This document shows, one piece after another, positions 26,326-40,765 of a stretch of 64,000 nucleotides of DNA. This DNA is from Octopus vulgaris (Eukaryota). Positions within the stretch are counted from its first letter, which is position 1. Each line of letters begins with the position of its first letter. The stretch covers positions 57,412,001-57,476,000 of the forward strand of contig OX597815.1 of assembly GCA_951406725.2 (NCBI GenBank), given 5' to 3'. The position numbers and the translations under genes were made by a program. Under the pieces are notes generated by a model. It was not told the DNA's origin. It was given only the letters and a program-made list of their open reading frames with translations, and ran no database searches.

Positions 26326-28139
26326 TATATATATATACACGTATGTATATATGTACATTCATATTTATTATATCAAAGACAATGTCTTTATGTATTCATG
26401 TATTACTTATACATTCGAAAACTACTGCACCAATCATAATGAAATTTGGAACACAAAATCGAAGCCTAGGGAGAAGGGCAATGCTGTGTGTTTCATACAA
26501 TTTCATGGACCCAAATTACTGAATGGATCCTTATGATATTTGAAACTTAGATTCAATGCATAAGGGCAGGTATAATGCAATATGTTTGGTTTGAAATCCA
26601 GATGGCTTAAAGAGGGCAGAATCCCCCATGAAAATTCATAAATTTTCGATGTTGATGAAATTTCAACCATGGGTAATTGACACACATCAAGAAGTATATT
26701 CAAAGTTTCCACTTCACATGAGGATTCTCAGACACCCTAATGGGGGCATTAACTCCCAAATTTTAGTAATTTCTTTTATGATCCAAAACTAAGTCAAAAG
26801 TACTGAATGGATCTTATGAAATTTGGAAATTATATTCTATGCATAAGGGCCATAACCCCCATGACAATTCATATATTTTTGCTATTTATGAAATTTTAAC
26901 CATAGATATTAGATACAAATGAAGTATTATTTATAAAATTTCATCTTTTTACAAGTTAGAAAGACCCCTTCATGGGGACTTAACACCCACAATTTTGTTA
27001 TTTTATCTAAGCAAATACGAATACAGTTGTACTCTTGGAAGCTGTGGGGTCATCTGAGCATAGAAGATGAGCATTATTTGTAATTCAATGGTACAACGGT
27101 GTAACACTTTGCTTTGACATACACTTACATTGTGATTTCTGCAATGTGCTGCATAAATTGTCAAGTAAATGAGAGGCATCTTTGCCTCCACTGATTCAGT
27201 TGCAAAGTGTTGAGTAAAGTTATTGGATTGCAGACCACCTTTCAGTCTTTCTATTATCACTGGGTCACACATAGTCCCCAGATGGTAACACTGAGTGACT
27301 GGTTATTCAAAGACATTTATAGATTGTATATTTATGACTGGTTATTCAAAGACATTTATAGATTATATATTTATTCTGTCCAGTTACGTATCAGTATAGT
27401 GGTCATTTGCAAACTCCAACTTTCATTTCTCGTTAGTCCTCACGTCACACAGTTGTTAATGTTTATTTTAGTTGGGTCACGCCGTTCCAATTGCTATAGA
27501 TTCGTAATGCATCTCACGGCTGTGCCTGTCACGTGCATGGTGAGGAATATTAATTTGGGAGTGGTAATGACTAGGGTAGGGTAGCTGACTGCTTATTGTG
27601 ATAATTTGTCTTTTAGTTTCCTGTAGCTCTGCTCTCTTTTACAAACCCAGGGAACATATATTTCCTATTTCAAAGAAATTCTAACAATAGATACAAGTTA
27701 AAAAGATTCTCAACAATTCAAGTTCTCTGGTTGACATTAAGATGCCCACCCCCAACAGGTGTCTTAACTCTCACATTTTAGAGCTCCATGACCTTCGTTT
27801 TTCAGGAGCAAAATCCTTTTAACAGGTTCTATAAGACTGGAATTTTGGAATATGCGCATAAAAATCAGTAAAAATACATGTGGCATGATTACAATTTTTT
27901 TAGGGTGTGTAAAGAGGGAAATAACCCTCATCTGCAATTTTGATGAAATTCAAAACATAGGTATTCTAGTTCATTGCAGAAAATATAACAGAAAAGTCTA
28001 ATTCTTTAATTGTATGTAACTCAGGCAACTCTGCTAGTGATTAAATATTCTTCTTTTTTGTTACTTTTCATTTTCCTTTTTTTCTTTTTGCCAGTTGTAA
28101 ACTTGAAAATTGAAGACTGATGATGTCATTCCATCAACA

Positions 28140-31100
28140 TGGGGATGCTTGTTGGCCTTGTTTGAATTTTGAATTTCCAATTCTATGATTTTAAATTTCT
28201 GTTTCGCTTTTCATTTTGAACTCAACAAAGGCAGGCAAGCTGTTGATATTGGAAGCAAAGTCATCTCTGGGCACTAAATGTTGACTTGGTGGCCATAAGT
28301 GAATCCAGATTTTCCAACTAATAGTACTTCCAACACATTTTTGGTTACTATGTTGTCTATGTTTCAGTGACTCCAAGTTGTCCGGGGGTGGGAGGTGTAG
28401 TCACCATAATGGTTTGGAAGAATTTAGATCTTTCAATATGGATGATCTTCATGGATCTGGAAGGTAAGTCAGTTATCCTGGACGTGACAGGCAGTGAAGG
28501 ACATTCTTTCAGGCTAGTTGCCATCTTTGCCTCAACCGAATTTCTTCAGATGTCTGGAAACTTTCCTGGGAACATCCAGCTCTTTAGTGTTAGTGGGGGG
28601 TTGGAATGGAGTTTTAGATGTTAGGTGGGACTGTGTGAGTTCAGCAGGTAGGAGAGGAAGATGCAAAAGCCTTACAAACCTGCTCAGATGATTCCAACTG
28701 TCTGACAGGTATTGACTACATTTCCCTGATAGTACAGTGTGGACCTGGTCAAACTACATCAGATCATCCAGATCATATCTAGATAGGGTATTCTGTAGAG
28801 CAGCAGATAAGGATAAGCATAGGTTGTCCACAATTTAAAGTAGTTGAATACACAGACCACAAATTCGTGATCTGTACAGTCAACTTAGATAGGCTTCATA
28901 GATAGGGACCCATTTAATGGAAGCTGAACATGTTGTTGCCAGCGCATAAAGATTTCAGTAACTAGATTAGTGAACTAGTCAAGAGGGCATTGACAGGAGC
29001 AATAATCAACAATAAATGGTGGTTGGCTCTGAAAAAGGCAATTATAATAGAATCAATAAAGTTTTGCAAAAGACTAGCAGTAAAAAGAAACAGAGTAAAT
29101 AGAGTTCATCAAGAAGTTAGATGAGGCTTTAGAAAAGGCATCGCAACCGACACACTTGCAGAGAGATTGGCACTTCAACTCAAAACATGAAGGTTGCATG
29201 GACAGAGCTAAGGCATGAGCACTTAGACACGAAGGAACAAAAACAGTTCAATAGACCTGAGTGACAGAGGCATGGCCAGGCAATAAATCCGTGAACTGAT
29301 CCTTGCTGGACCATGACAGGCAAATGATAACTGATCTGAGAGTGATGTGTGTGGTCTTTCAGCAGTGCTTTGCTCAACTGTTCAGGAGCAGCAGTGAGCT
29401 GGATCACAGGATGGATTTCACGTCCTACTTCGACAGACTGCAATAGCTCTCATCAACAGAGAAGGAGTGCTGGGAAAGGCTGAAAACAGCCTTTGAAATA
29501 TGGGAAGAAATGACTAGCTGCATGAGGGGTAAATTGCCTGATTTGGATGGTTTGCCCTATGAGCTTTACACTTACATGCCAGACTTGTTTGGTGACCTCT
29601 TAGCAAATGGTTACTGCAACTGGCAACAGAATGGGAGAATTCCCAATTCTGTAAGCCAAGGAGCAGTGGCATTGCTGAGAAAAGACCCAACAAAGGGGGA
29701 TTGTATTGACACCTTTAGGCCCATAATTCTGCTGAATGCAAAGTTCATAATTTTGGCTAAGGTGTCAGCTACAAGGTTGGAATTTGTCATTGGGAAACTG
29801 GTAGGGGAGGCACAGACATGTGCTATCCCAAAAAGATCCATTCATGACAACCTCCACCTCATGTGCTACATCATTGAGAAAGTGATTAAAGAACCTGGCA
29901 CGGTGGGGCACTGATCAATTTAGATCATTGTAAAGCTTTTGATAAGGTTGACCATCTATACCTGGAAGTGGTCCTCAGGGCAGCTGGTTTCAGGCCTGTA
30001 TTCAGGGGCAGGATCACTGCAATGCACAGTGACATCTGTTCAGTGGTCAGAGCTGTTCAACATCATGTGCTTGATTCGGCAATTTGGGAATATTGCCCCC
30101 TTCATTTTTTGTATGTATTGAATCTCAAGCCACTACTACACAAACTGGAGGCATTGAGAGGCATCCTGCGTGACCTAGGATGTGGGAGATGCATGTTGGC
30201 ATATGCCAACAAAGTCGCCATATTGGTGTTGGATCATAATGACATAGAAATGATGAGCACCGCTCCCAAGAACTACAAGGTGGTTTCAGGGTAAGTCAGT
30301 GGGTTTGTGATTTGGCACCCACAGAAGCAAGTCCATGCCATCCAATTGCATCATTGGGCACTGGACGGATGGACCAGTTAAATTGCTTGGGGTCTGGATC
30401 AGCCCGGACCTCCAGATAAACAAAATCTGGGATGAGGTAATGAGTAGGGTGACTACTCTCAACCAGAGATGGGCTGAGAGAAAGCTATCCCTGAAAAGTC
30501 AGGCAGAGGTGGCTAATGCATATATTGCATCTGTCATCTACTATCACTTGACCATTGTGCCTTGTCTCGGCTACTGTCTGTTTACGTTGGAGTGTATACT
30601 TTTCTGCTTCTTGTGCAGTGGATGTGTCCTGATGGTCAGCTGGTCATTCTGCTGTCAACACCTGGGCATGCCATAGCTGATGATGCACTGAGGTTACAAT
30701 ATCTCTAGTGCTTCCTTGACAGTGAACAAGTGCAGTCACCGTTTGCCAGACATGTACTTCCACAGCTAGTTTCTTTAATGGAGCTGCAGTCCTGGGTAAA
30801 ACAGAGATCAAGGAGGAGTATTTGGAAAGTGGGATGTCTTCAAGCACTCTCAGCCCTCAGCCAATCAGATACTGTGATAAGTGGAATGTCCACTTTAGCT
30901 TTTTATAGAGGGTTAGTGGAGGAAAAGTGTGACGACCTTGAGTGTCGAAGAAGATCAGATAGCCACTCTTTTCTGGAAAGCTTTCAACCTGGAACCAATG
31001 GATAATTTTCAAAAATCTCTGGCCTGGCAGTACTACAGGCACAGAAGTGCCATCAGCCAAGCATGTTGAGATGCATGCAGGACAACAAAACAGTCCTGCA

Positions 31101-31730
31101 TGCATTCGTCCAGTACCTGAGCATTGCTGACATTTAGGTTTATGTTGAGCACCTACAGTCACATGTGTGACAGATCCAGCTGTCAACAATCCATCGTAAA
31201 GACATCCCACCACCTTCCTTTAACCGGGAAGGAAAGGCTGTGTTTTATACACCTGGCAGCCATGGCAAGAGAGGTTGTACAGTAGATGAGCTTGAATGGG
31301 CTGAAGAGAAACACCTTTCTCTTTGGCCAATTCATGATCAACTTCCATGTGGAAAGGAAAATAAGGATAGAAAGTTTGCTGAAAAGTGGATGAAAGTGGC
31401 AAGAATATTGTGAGTGAATGGGCCTGCCCTAAACATGGACCTGTAGTTGGAAACAAGGAAATTAAAAAAAAAAGAAACTTGCCCTAACAGTCATGGTACT
31501 GATGGTGTTTTATGGGGTTGTTTTTTCCATGAGCAGCCCTCTAATGTCTCGTCCCAATTGAAGATTATACATTGTTGATTTAAAAAAATTTTTGTTAGTC
31601 TTGTTTACATGCAAAACCCTCACAATAACACACACTCACACACATTCTTTGTTTTGTCCTGTACTGTCCATAATGTTTTTCTTAATGTAAACTCTTGTGT
31701 TTAATAACGAAATCATTATTATTATTTTTT
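28140..31730 (+). mobile_element. Degenerate Tx1/L1-like LINE ORF2 (APE plus RT)
   Basis: DLEGKSVILDV...FRLVAIFA, GKLPDLDGLPYELY, FRPIILLNAKF, RSIHDNL, WAERKLSLK; (ATT)n tail ~31713. Confidence 0.8.
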
Positions 31731-31744
31731 AAAATTTATTTTTA

Positions 31745-32210
31745 ACTAAGATTTTGTTAGAACTCCTAGAGTTTTGCAGGCCTAATGGGCTTGCTGTCTT
31801 CAGCCTATGGTACCATACTATCTGTTCTTTTCAAATCTCTAATACTTTCCTGATTATTCTGGCTGTATGAAGGAAGTAAACCTATTGTAACTCTATTCCA
31901 ATTTCCTTTATATTCCTTTGATGCCTTCTGATGCTGCATCCAATGACTCAACAATAATCAGCACTATCTTCACCTTCTTCATTTTCTAGGTTATTTCATA
32001 CTTAACAGAACTGTATATATCTATTTTTTTGCCTTCCTTCTTCAATATTTGTGAGTCAAAGTGGGACATAACAGAAACTATATAACATATGTGGTGTACC
32101 TTGTTCACCACTACTAGGTCCAGCTTATTATGCTCTAGCATCTGATCTCTTTGGATTAAGAAATAAAACAAGATTTTGCAGGTCTCCAACTCTGCTACTC
32201 TCTGCAAACA
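31745..32210 (-). mobile_element. R4/Dong-like LINE 3' fragment
   Basis: KILF...IQRDQMLEHNKLDLVVV...KKEGKKIDIY; REL-domain-like. Confidence 0.5.
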
Positions 32211-32989
32211 AGATAATCTTTATTTCATGGAGATTGTGTCAGAGCATAGAGTATTGTGTTATTTCCCTTGAGAGGACCTCTCACATTGACTTGCTGTGCT
32301 TAAATGCACTCTAATTTATATCGTTGACAGACAAAAACCATCTGCTATGGTTACTGGAAATGACAGATCACATGACTTTGCTCTGTTTTGAACACTTCAG
32401 GGACAGACATCACAACAACCAAATCTGCCATCCACAATATACAAAACATCAGTATCTGTTCAGGCACTGATGTTGCAAATAGCAACTAATGGCAACAGAA
32501 ACAGTATGAATACCAGAAGGTAATCTTTATTCCCAACTTAATGTGCAGGTTGTGTGAGATTTTTTATGTACCATGATTCTATATGAGAGGCCTTCTCAAG
32601 GTAAATGCAATATTCTGTGTTCTAACATAACCTCCACATTAATTTTGAGGTAACGATTACCTTCTGTTATTCACACTGCTTATGTTGCTATTATTTAATA
32701 TACATACATGCATGCACGCAGGCATGCATACATACATAATATAAACAAAAAACATACAATGAAGAATGGTTAAACAAGTTATCAAGTGAGTATCATGTAA
32801 ATTTCTCTCCTAAAATATACATCACCTAGGAGACCTGATAGTAGGCTACTGGTTCAAGAAAATTCTCACAACCCTGTTTTAAAAAACAAAGAATGCTGAG
32901 CTGGATATACCAGATTGACTGACAGTGGTATGAAAATCTTCCTGTACTAGTTCTGTAACATAGCAACAGATGGCAGCACATAGTTGCAA

Positions 32990-33662
32990 GGGCAGTGAGA
33001 GCTAGCAGTGAATTTCATGAGACAGTATGCTAAGTGACATTGCAGTGTTCTGAAATTTGTGTTTTTGTGATAATGTGTATGCTGTAGTCTGCGAATTTTG
33101 TCATGGGCTAGAAGTTGGAACAAAGAGCCCATATGAAAAGGCAATGGGTCACATGCAATGATTCAAGTGACACAGGTGTTTCAAAAGGCATGACAGAGCC
33201 ACAGCTCAGTCAAGAGCATGCTCATCATTTTCTTCGATATTCGCAGTATTTTGCATCAAACATTCATCTCCCGGGGCCAGACCATCAATCCAGAGTTCTA
33301 CTGCAACATTTTCAAGTGTTTGAGAGAGGACATTCAATGAAAGTGACTAGATCTGTGGAGCACAAACAATTGGATTCTTCATGACAACAATGCATCCTGT
33401 CTCTGAGTTCTCCTTGTTCATGAATTTCTCACGAAAATCATGGTATTACTTCTGCATCCACCCTATTCACCAGATTTAGCACCTGCAGGCTTCTATCTCT
33501 TCCCCAAGATGAAAGGGAAGTTCAAAGGTCGCCATATGAACACTATTGTCAAGATCCAGGCCAGATTCCAAAAGTGGCAGGAATGCTGGGACCAGTGTAT
33601 TATTATTGTATAAATTACTTTTTGCTAAACATAACTAGTCCAGAAACTTTTTGATACCACCA
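32990..33662 (+). mobile_element. mariner transposon remnant
   Basis: LHDN and HPPYSPDLAPAGFYLFPKMK motifs at ~33375-33515; TIR-like gtccagaaactttttgataccacc at the end. Confidence 0.75.
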
Positions 33663-33679
33663 TTTACCCTCAAGAACTA

Positions 33680-36420
33680 TGTGGTCAAAAACTGTAGACT
33701 CATAGCAAACTTAAATGTTATGTACAAACTGTACACAAGTTGCTTGAATATGTTTCTTCAAGATCACTGCCAAATAAATAGCATGATAACTTATGAACAG
33801 CCTGGAGGAAAGATATGAAAGTTGGGTGTGCTGAACAGCTCCTTCTCAACAAAGCTTCCTTAATGAAGCCAAGCAACATTGCTGTAGTCTACTGTAGTCT
33901 AACAATATAGTTAGACTACAAGAAGGCATTCAACACTATGCCTCACACAAAGATGACAGAATCACTGCACTTTACCAAAGAACAAGCTGCTGTGTAGACC
34001 ACATGGTCCACACAATTATCACTTAGAACTAACCAGAAAAGCACTCACAGAGCGCAGACCTCCACCAAGCAGCTCATTTCCACCCATATGCACGCATGCT
34101 GAAAATCGCCCAATTTCCCAAACCAACGCTGGCAAAAACATAACCTCCTTGGCAGGGTTAAAAAAAAATATCACAGCCATATGATTTTAAAAAAACCCTT
34201 TAGAAATAGGAATCATCTGAAGCAGTTATACTACATCAATGACAACAGTAAGCTAGTTTCACCATACAACTAAAAAGAAACAGCAATTACCTAAAACTTG
34301 AGTGATATACACACAACGCGAGTAAAATAGCTAATAGAGAAACGAAAATAAACTTTGGAAACAGCAACACCACCATTGGTTACATTGAAACAATGAATGT
34401 GTTTTCAAGGGAGATAATCAAAGAACGTAAGATTGTAATACTTCATGTAAAGTAAATATAACAAATGAAAAATCCTTCAAGAATCCATAAAAATACCCGA
34501 ATCACTACCAAAATTTTATCATCTGTTCCTTGTCCTTACCAACTTTTCCTGCAAGTTTCATCAAGTACCATTCACAACTTTTTAACGGACAAACCAATGC
34601 CAATGAAAACATAACCTCCTTCCTTGGCAGTGGTAATAAAGCAACGCCTATTGTTACAAACAGAAACTACTATCACCAGGCACATAGCTTATCTCTAATG
34701 TTGATTGTACTGACAGTGAACCTCCTGTCAGCTCTGTTAACAAAATGCTAACATGTTAGGATAGGTAGAGGAGGATAAAATTAATGTCCTCCACACATTC
34801 TTTGTTGATGCACTGAAGTTATAATCTGGCAACATGCTCAACATTAGGAGACAATCAGAACTAATCATAACATTCTCACAAGACACAGATATGGAGTTTG
34901 GATGAGATAAATGCTCATACATGATAATCAAATAAGGAAAGATTGTTGACTAGATAGAGAACATGTACATCAATGGCTTTTCTATCTCCCTTATTTGTAA
35001 TGATGAAAACTCCAAGTATCTCTGAATCAATGAAAATTTTGCATATGAAAGTGCTATGATTAGGCTCTAGAAAGTATGGAACTTAGTGCTGTCTGCATTA
35101 AAACTATAAAAATAGAATCACATGCGGTCGTATCGTATAGGGAATACAATCGCACGCGATCCCATTCTTAATGAAATATTACAGACCAGATAATACATGC
35201 AGCGGCAATAGCACATAAGTGGAGTGACAACAAGATTTCTTTTTGAGATATAAACATTATTTATTTTACACATTTTACAATCTTGTTGGTTGGAAGTTTG
35301 TAAGTGTTAGCATGTTTTTGTGTCTGTGTGTTCGTGAGGCATAAGAGGTACTGACCAGTGAAATAACAATGGAATTTGGTTCACAGTTCATGTTGTTGGC
35401 ATCAGCCTAGCAACAGGTAGTAGCAGATGGCTTAAGGTAGTTCTTAGAAGAACTAGAACTCAAGAACAGATAGAGGTACACGGAGTGTAAGTGTTCCATA
35501 TCAAGATGTTGTGTCTCGTAGTCGAGTTTAATTGAATCACTTGTTGTGTTTATCTTTCTCTTGATATGAATATACTTCCAGATGTGTTAACTGTAGCCGT
35601 TTTTCCCGTGGTGAGATTTTCACCTAACCGCTATAGTTGAATCTGTAGTTGTCTTGTGTACAATTTAAATCTTCGATGTTCGGCGATGAGTTGTGTCTGT
35701 CGCTTGGTTTTTTTTCTCTTGATATAATGGTGGTCGCCTGCCTTTCGAACTGGAACATGGTCGAGTATGCTCTGTGTGGTCAGAGGTCCGTTCTGAGAAG
35801 AACTAGAACCAAAGACGAACTCTGTGGTCAGAGGTTCGCCCTGAGAAGGGCTGTAACCTAAGACGGATATTTGTCTGAGAACATTTCTTTATATAAGGTT
35901 TATGTGGCTCAAAACGCACTTCAGAAATGAAAAGCTGTGATTTGCTGCTTGGAACAATGGCGCGAAAATAAGCGGAGGCAAATCGCGTCACGTGACAACC
36001 AGCGCTGCAAACGTAGTAGAGACCACGTGTCAGCCAATCGAATTAGTGTTTACAACAATGTTAAACTAGCCGAAGATGTTTGTAATCTCGAACGAGATTA
36101 TTCTTAATACTCTTCTCAAACAGTGAAGATAGCAATGAGGGAACGATATTGCTACAAAACCATATCTCACAATGCTTTTACAGTGCCTGATTTTAGTAAC
36201 AACATTTAGAATATTGGAATAGACACTCAACAAGTTACACACAGCCTGGACATCAAAACCCAAAAGGTACTAACCACCACTGGCAGCTTCCACATCAACA
36301 TTAACACCACTAGGATCTATGTGAGTGGTGGCAGTAAAGACATAAGATCTGTCCAAACAACCTTTGAACAATCATATATTCACACCTTTAAAAACAAGGA
36401 ATATTTCTAGACCACTTCTA
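33680..36420 (+). mobile_element. Highly decayed R4/Dong-like RT fragments, interrupted by other repeats
   Basis: Scattered LDYKKAFN, HIFFVDALKL, MEFG*DKC and ISHNAFTVP-like segments. Confidence 0.4.
35100..36156 (-). mobile_element. Possible solo LTR
   Basis: CpG-rich insert splitting a LINE remnant; minus strand starts TGTAGC, with TATA (35887-35897) and AATAAA (~35260); other terminus not clear. Confidence 0.35.
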
Positions 36421-36999
36421 TAAAAATAGCAATTCAGTACAAACATAACAGACCTGATATTGACCTGTGGGTCAGGGAACAAAGGTCATGCACTGTTGTA
36501 AAGATCAGCTGCCCAGTGGTTGTGAAAAGTCCAGGAAAAAGAGAACATTTGTGGTAAATTAAGACAGAACTTAGAGCTCTTGTACCATAAAATACTAGGT
36601 TTTGCAAAGAAAGAACAAAAGAAATTGATGTAGGTTCTCTAAATCCCATCTATTATTGGTTTAGTTTGTAAGGCATTCTGAAGATTTTCAATATGAAATT
36701 TTTTAGCTGAATAGTTGCATACACTTAAGTGAGTGCATCGACAGCTCAACCAATACACCAACTCAACCATATGTTTACCATCACCAGGAATTCTCAGAGA
36801 TTTGTTGCTTCATTAACGACTGGCTTGAACTTAAATTTAAATAAACTCAAAGAAACAAACATGCATGCATGTGTACGTATGTACATACATGCATGTACAT
36901 ATATACATACATACATACACACACACACATACATACATACATACATACTTACTTACTTACATGCAAACATACATATATATTAATGCCTGTCTATATACC

Positions 37000-38676
37000 C
37001 TGTCTACTACTGCAAAGCAGCACATAGATGATGTTCAAGAAGTAAACAAAATTTGAACAACAATGGTCGTGAACCCCCTCCATTTGATAGATCAGTACCT
37101 CCAATGCCTAGATTGGTCATCACTCGGGATGAAGTCGACCGAGTTATTTAAGGCCTCAATGTCAACAAGGGTCATAGCCCTGACAGCATACACCTACACG
37201 TTATCAAAGTGTTGGCTCCGGTCATCTGCGAACCTTTAACACTTCTATTCAATATGTCATTGGCGACGGGTGTTATACCTGCGGACTGGAGAACAGTGAT
37301 AATCTGCCCAATTTTCAAGAAAGGGAGCCATGAAGACCTGCTTAACTACCGACCGGTTTCCCTTACTTCAATAATCAGCAAGATGTTCGAAACCATCCTT
37401 AAGAAAAGTATGTTGCTCCACCTCCAAAACACAGCCTCTATCTCTGATTCCCAACACGGCTTCGTGCCGAAGAGATCATGCTTGACCAACTTTCTGGTAA
37501 TGGAAGAATTGGTGACGCGTATCCTGGATGATGGTGATGCTGTTGACATCGTTTTATTGGACTTTGCCAAAGCTTTTGACTTGGTTAACCACCGCCTATT
37601 ACTTGTCAAGCTTCAAGCATATAGTTTCCATCCGGATATTGTATGATGGGTTGGTGCCTTCCTCTCAGATCGCTCCTTCCAAGTCCAAGTTAATGGTTCG
37701 CTGTCCGACGTCTCCAGTGCGAGCAGTGGCGTGCCTCAAGGTTCAGTGCTTGGGCCCTTATTGTTTTTAGTCTTCATATATGACTTGCCCGACGACCACA
37801 CGCAACACACCCTTCTATTTGCCGATGATGTCAAACTGGTCGCTCCTCGTGGTGATATAGATGATCTTCGTCGATGCCTCCACCAAGTTTGGAGATGGTC
37901 TAACGAATGGGACCTGTGTCTGAACGTGTCAAAGTGCTGTCATCTGCCTGTTGGCTCTTCTGCAACTCAACTTGATTTCGAGCCGGGTTGTCTGCTGCTG
38001 GAGAGGACCGACCAGGTAAAGGACCTGGGTATCTTGGTGGATTCTTCCTTTTCACCTTCGGCCCAGTGCGTCCATGCTGCCAACAAAGCACACGGAGTTC
38101 TGTTTTTGATTCGACGGTCATTCGGAATGCTCACAGCAGCCATATTCCTACTGTTCTATGTCACGCTGGTGAGACCCAAGCCTCTTCTTATCTCCTCAAA
38201 GACATACATCATTTCAAAAGAGTCTAGAAGTTGGCTACCCGCATGGTTCTTGGTCTCAAGCATTTGTCTTATGAAGAAAGGCTGAAGACGCTCAACCTTT
38301 ATTCTCTAGAAAAACGCCGCCACCATGGTGATCTCATTCTTGCTCACAACATCATAAGCGGAAAGTGTAACCTCTCGAAAGAGCTGTTCTTCACTCCTGC
38401 TCCAGAGCGTTGGCTGCGGGGTCACTCTGAAAAGCTCTATCTGCAACGATTTCATCTCAATCGAAGGAGAGGGGCTTTCTCCGTCCGGGTTGTGGATCCA
38501 TGGAATAAGCTGCCGGACGAGATAGTGAAGATGCCGACGACCGCTCGTTTCAAAGTCTCTCTTGACCAGAAATGGTCTGAACTCTTTGCATGAACACCTT
38601 CCCTGTACATAACTCTATGTCACCCTACATGGCCTTGCTTTTTGCTTTTTGAGCCAAAAAATTAACTTAACTTAAC
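37000..38676 (+). mobile_element. CR1-clade LINE, 5'-truncated
   Basis: NYRPVSLTS, LDFAKAFD, PQGSVLGPLLF, FADD, LSYEERLKTLNLYSLEKRR; (aactt)n tail. Confidence 0.9.
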
Positions 38677-39394
38677 AATGAAAGTGTCATTATGGGTTTG
38701 AAGACAGAGAAAAAGATAGCTGATTTATGAAAGACCTTCAGCTATGTGATGATGCTTATTACAAATCATTACATATCTCACCAACAAAAAGTGAAAAAGG
38801 AGATAGAAGTGATGTTTAGAGATAGCAAAAAGAGGACACTCACTTGCAAACTGATCAATCTCAAGCAGGAGCAAAATGCTGTCAGCAAAAAACTCTGACA
38901 TTAGAAGAGAATAACCAAGAGAAAAACAATAAACAAAAAATTTAACTGGAACCAGTGAACAGTATACAGAGACACAAGAAGAGAAGCAGTGAATGTCATA
39001 GAAGCTTTTTTCATGAAAAGACAGACATGTTCAGGTGGAAAAAAGAGATGGAGTTTAACTGAGATGCTCTTTGCCTGGAAGAAATTCAAAGAAGTTATTG
39101 TCCTTGCATTACTCCTAAGACATACAACATTAATGGTGATACCCTTGCAACTACCATCCAGAAACTCCAGGATGGAAAAACACCTGGAAGAGACTTGATT
39201 GTTGGCACAAGAATTTAACCTTATCAACTTGTACCAGCAAGCTTTCAATGGGAATAGTAGCTCCCGATGCAGTGAGTGGTGAACACAGGAGGAGGCAAGA
39301 TGAATTGTGAATACCTATTGAAGGGGAAGGTGAAGGAAGTTCGTGTGGATCAGAGAGGATGGCAACAAGATATATATGTTTAAAAAAAAAAAGA

Positions 39395-39682
39395 CCCACC
39401 ACCATCAGTCATGAATGACTATAGAATTGCACCTGGAAAGTTACCTTCCAAGGCACAAGTTCAAACCAGGAAGAGCAACAGTTGCCCATGCATACCAGCC
39501 TCCCCTCTCCATGCCACTGATGTTATCCAAGGGAAAGGCAAAGGCCAATACAGCTTGGCACCAGTGATGTTGCAACTCATTTCTACAGCTGAGTGAACTA
39601 GAACACAACACACAGTCCAGTCCAAGAATTGAACTCACTACCTCATGATTGTGAGCCCAACACTTTATCCACTGAATCATGT
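39395..39682 (-). mobile_element. tRNA-derived SINE of a different family
   Basis: Minus strand has A-box-like cagtggataaagtg and B-box-like gagttcaattc. Confidence 0.5.
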
Positions 39683-39867
39683 ATATATACATATATTTTT
39701 GTATTTTCATTTGCATTTGTAGCAACTCCAGTTGCTAGCTATGAGCTATTCAGAAACTTTCAACTGATCAAATTTCCTCTTAACTTTGATATGAGAAAAG
39801 TATATAATGCCAATAAATTATTGTTCCTGATCATACACTGTCCTCTTTTTGGTTTCTATACCTACCA

Positions 39868-40063
39868 TGAAGTATACCATATTGAAAGCTTGCTGGTACA
39901 AGTTGATAAGGTACCATTGAAAGCTTGCTGGTACAAGTTGATAAGGTTAAATTCTTGTGCCAACAATCAAGTCTCTTCCAGGTGTTTTTCCATCCTGGAG
40001 TTTCTGGATGGTAGTTGCAAGGGTATCACCATCAATGTTGTATGTCTTGAAGTATACCATATT
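39868..40063 (-). repeat. Templated inverted insertion of 39117-39251, flanked by a 16-bp direct repeat
   Basis: tgaagtataccatatt at 39868-39883 and 40048-40063; the insert is the reverse complement of 39117-39251. Confidence 0.9.
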
Positions 40064-40589
40064 CCTACATTCAGATCTCTGGATCTTACCCATGTATATC
40101 AACATATATATATAATCAAAAGAAAAGAATATTAAATTTGCTTTTAACTAGTATGAAATCAAAGTTTTTACTTCACCCAGAAGCTTATTCTTGGTGAGAT
40201 TTCTGATCCCAAACTATTTTGTCTGTCATTTTGTTTTTTACGCTCCTCACCACATCACTCAAATAAAATACCAGTCAGTATTGAGTCAAGTTAATCAAGT
40301 CACTTTTTCCTCCTTACCCACATATTTGTGGTCTTATCTATACTAGAAACAATTATTACTTTTGATGCTGGAACATCTCAAATTTCAGGCAGGATACAAT
40401 TGATATTATAGATCCTGTTATTGTATTGTACTGACATCAGGGATAGGGAATGTTGACTTCATCAAAATCTGAAATCAGAAAATACTAGAAGATAATTTAG
40501 TTGGTTCATTGCTTTACCATTTCTGTTAATCCACTCTAACTGATATAATCAACAATAAACAATGCACATAATTATTATTCTTTCCATTA

Positions 40590-40765
40590 TAGGCACAAGG
40601 CTTGAAATTTTGAGGGAAGGGGCTAGTTGATTATATCAACCCCAGTACTTGACTGATGCTTTGTTTTATTGACTTTAAAGAAAGGCAAAGAAAATAGAGC
40701 TGGAAGATATGCCACAAAGCATTTTCTCCAATGCACTAACAATTCTGCCATCTCACTGCCTAAAT
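40590..40765 (-). mobile_element. Nin-domain-like SINE (decayed)
   Basis: Reverse complement of the family at 57727-57945; similar copies at ~40330-40540 and ~52290-52500. Confidence 0.6.

Larger units (their letters stand above)
22106..28037 (+). mobile_element. Non-autonomous composite Helitron (copy A) containing a SINE and an RTE insertion
   Basis: 5' TCTATCTATATATATAAAA...(tgtc)n; 3' CTAG|T at 28034-28037; 22106-22545 and 25860-28037 are reverse complements of parts of 45856-48285. Confidence 0.7.
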
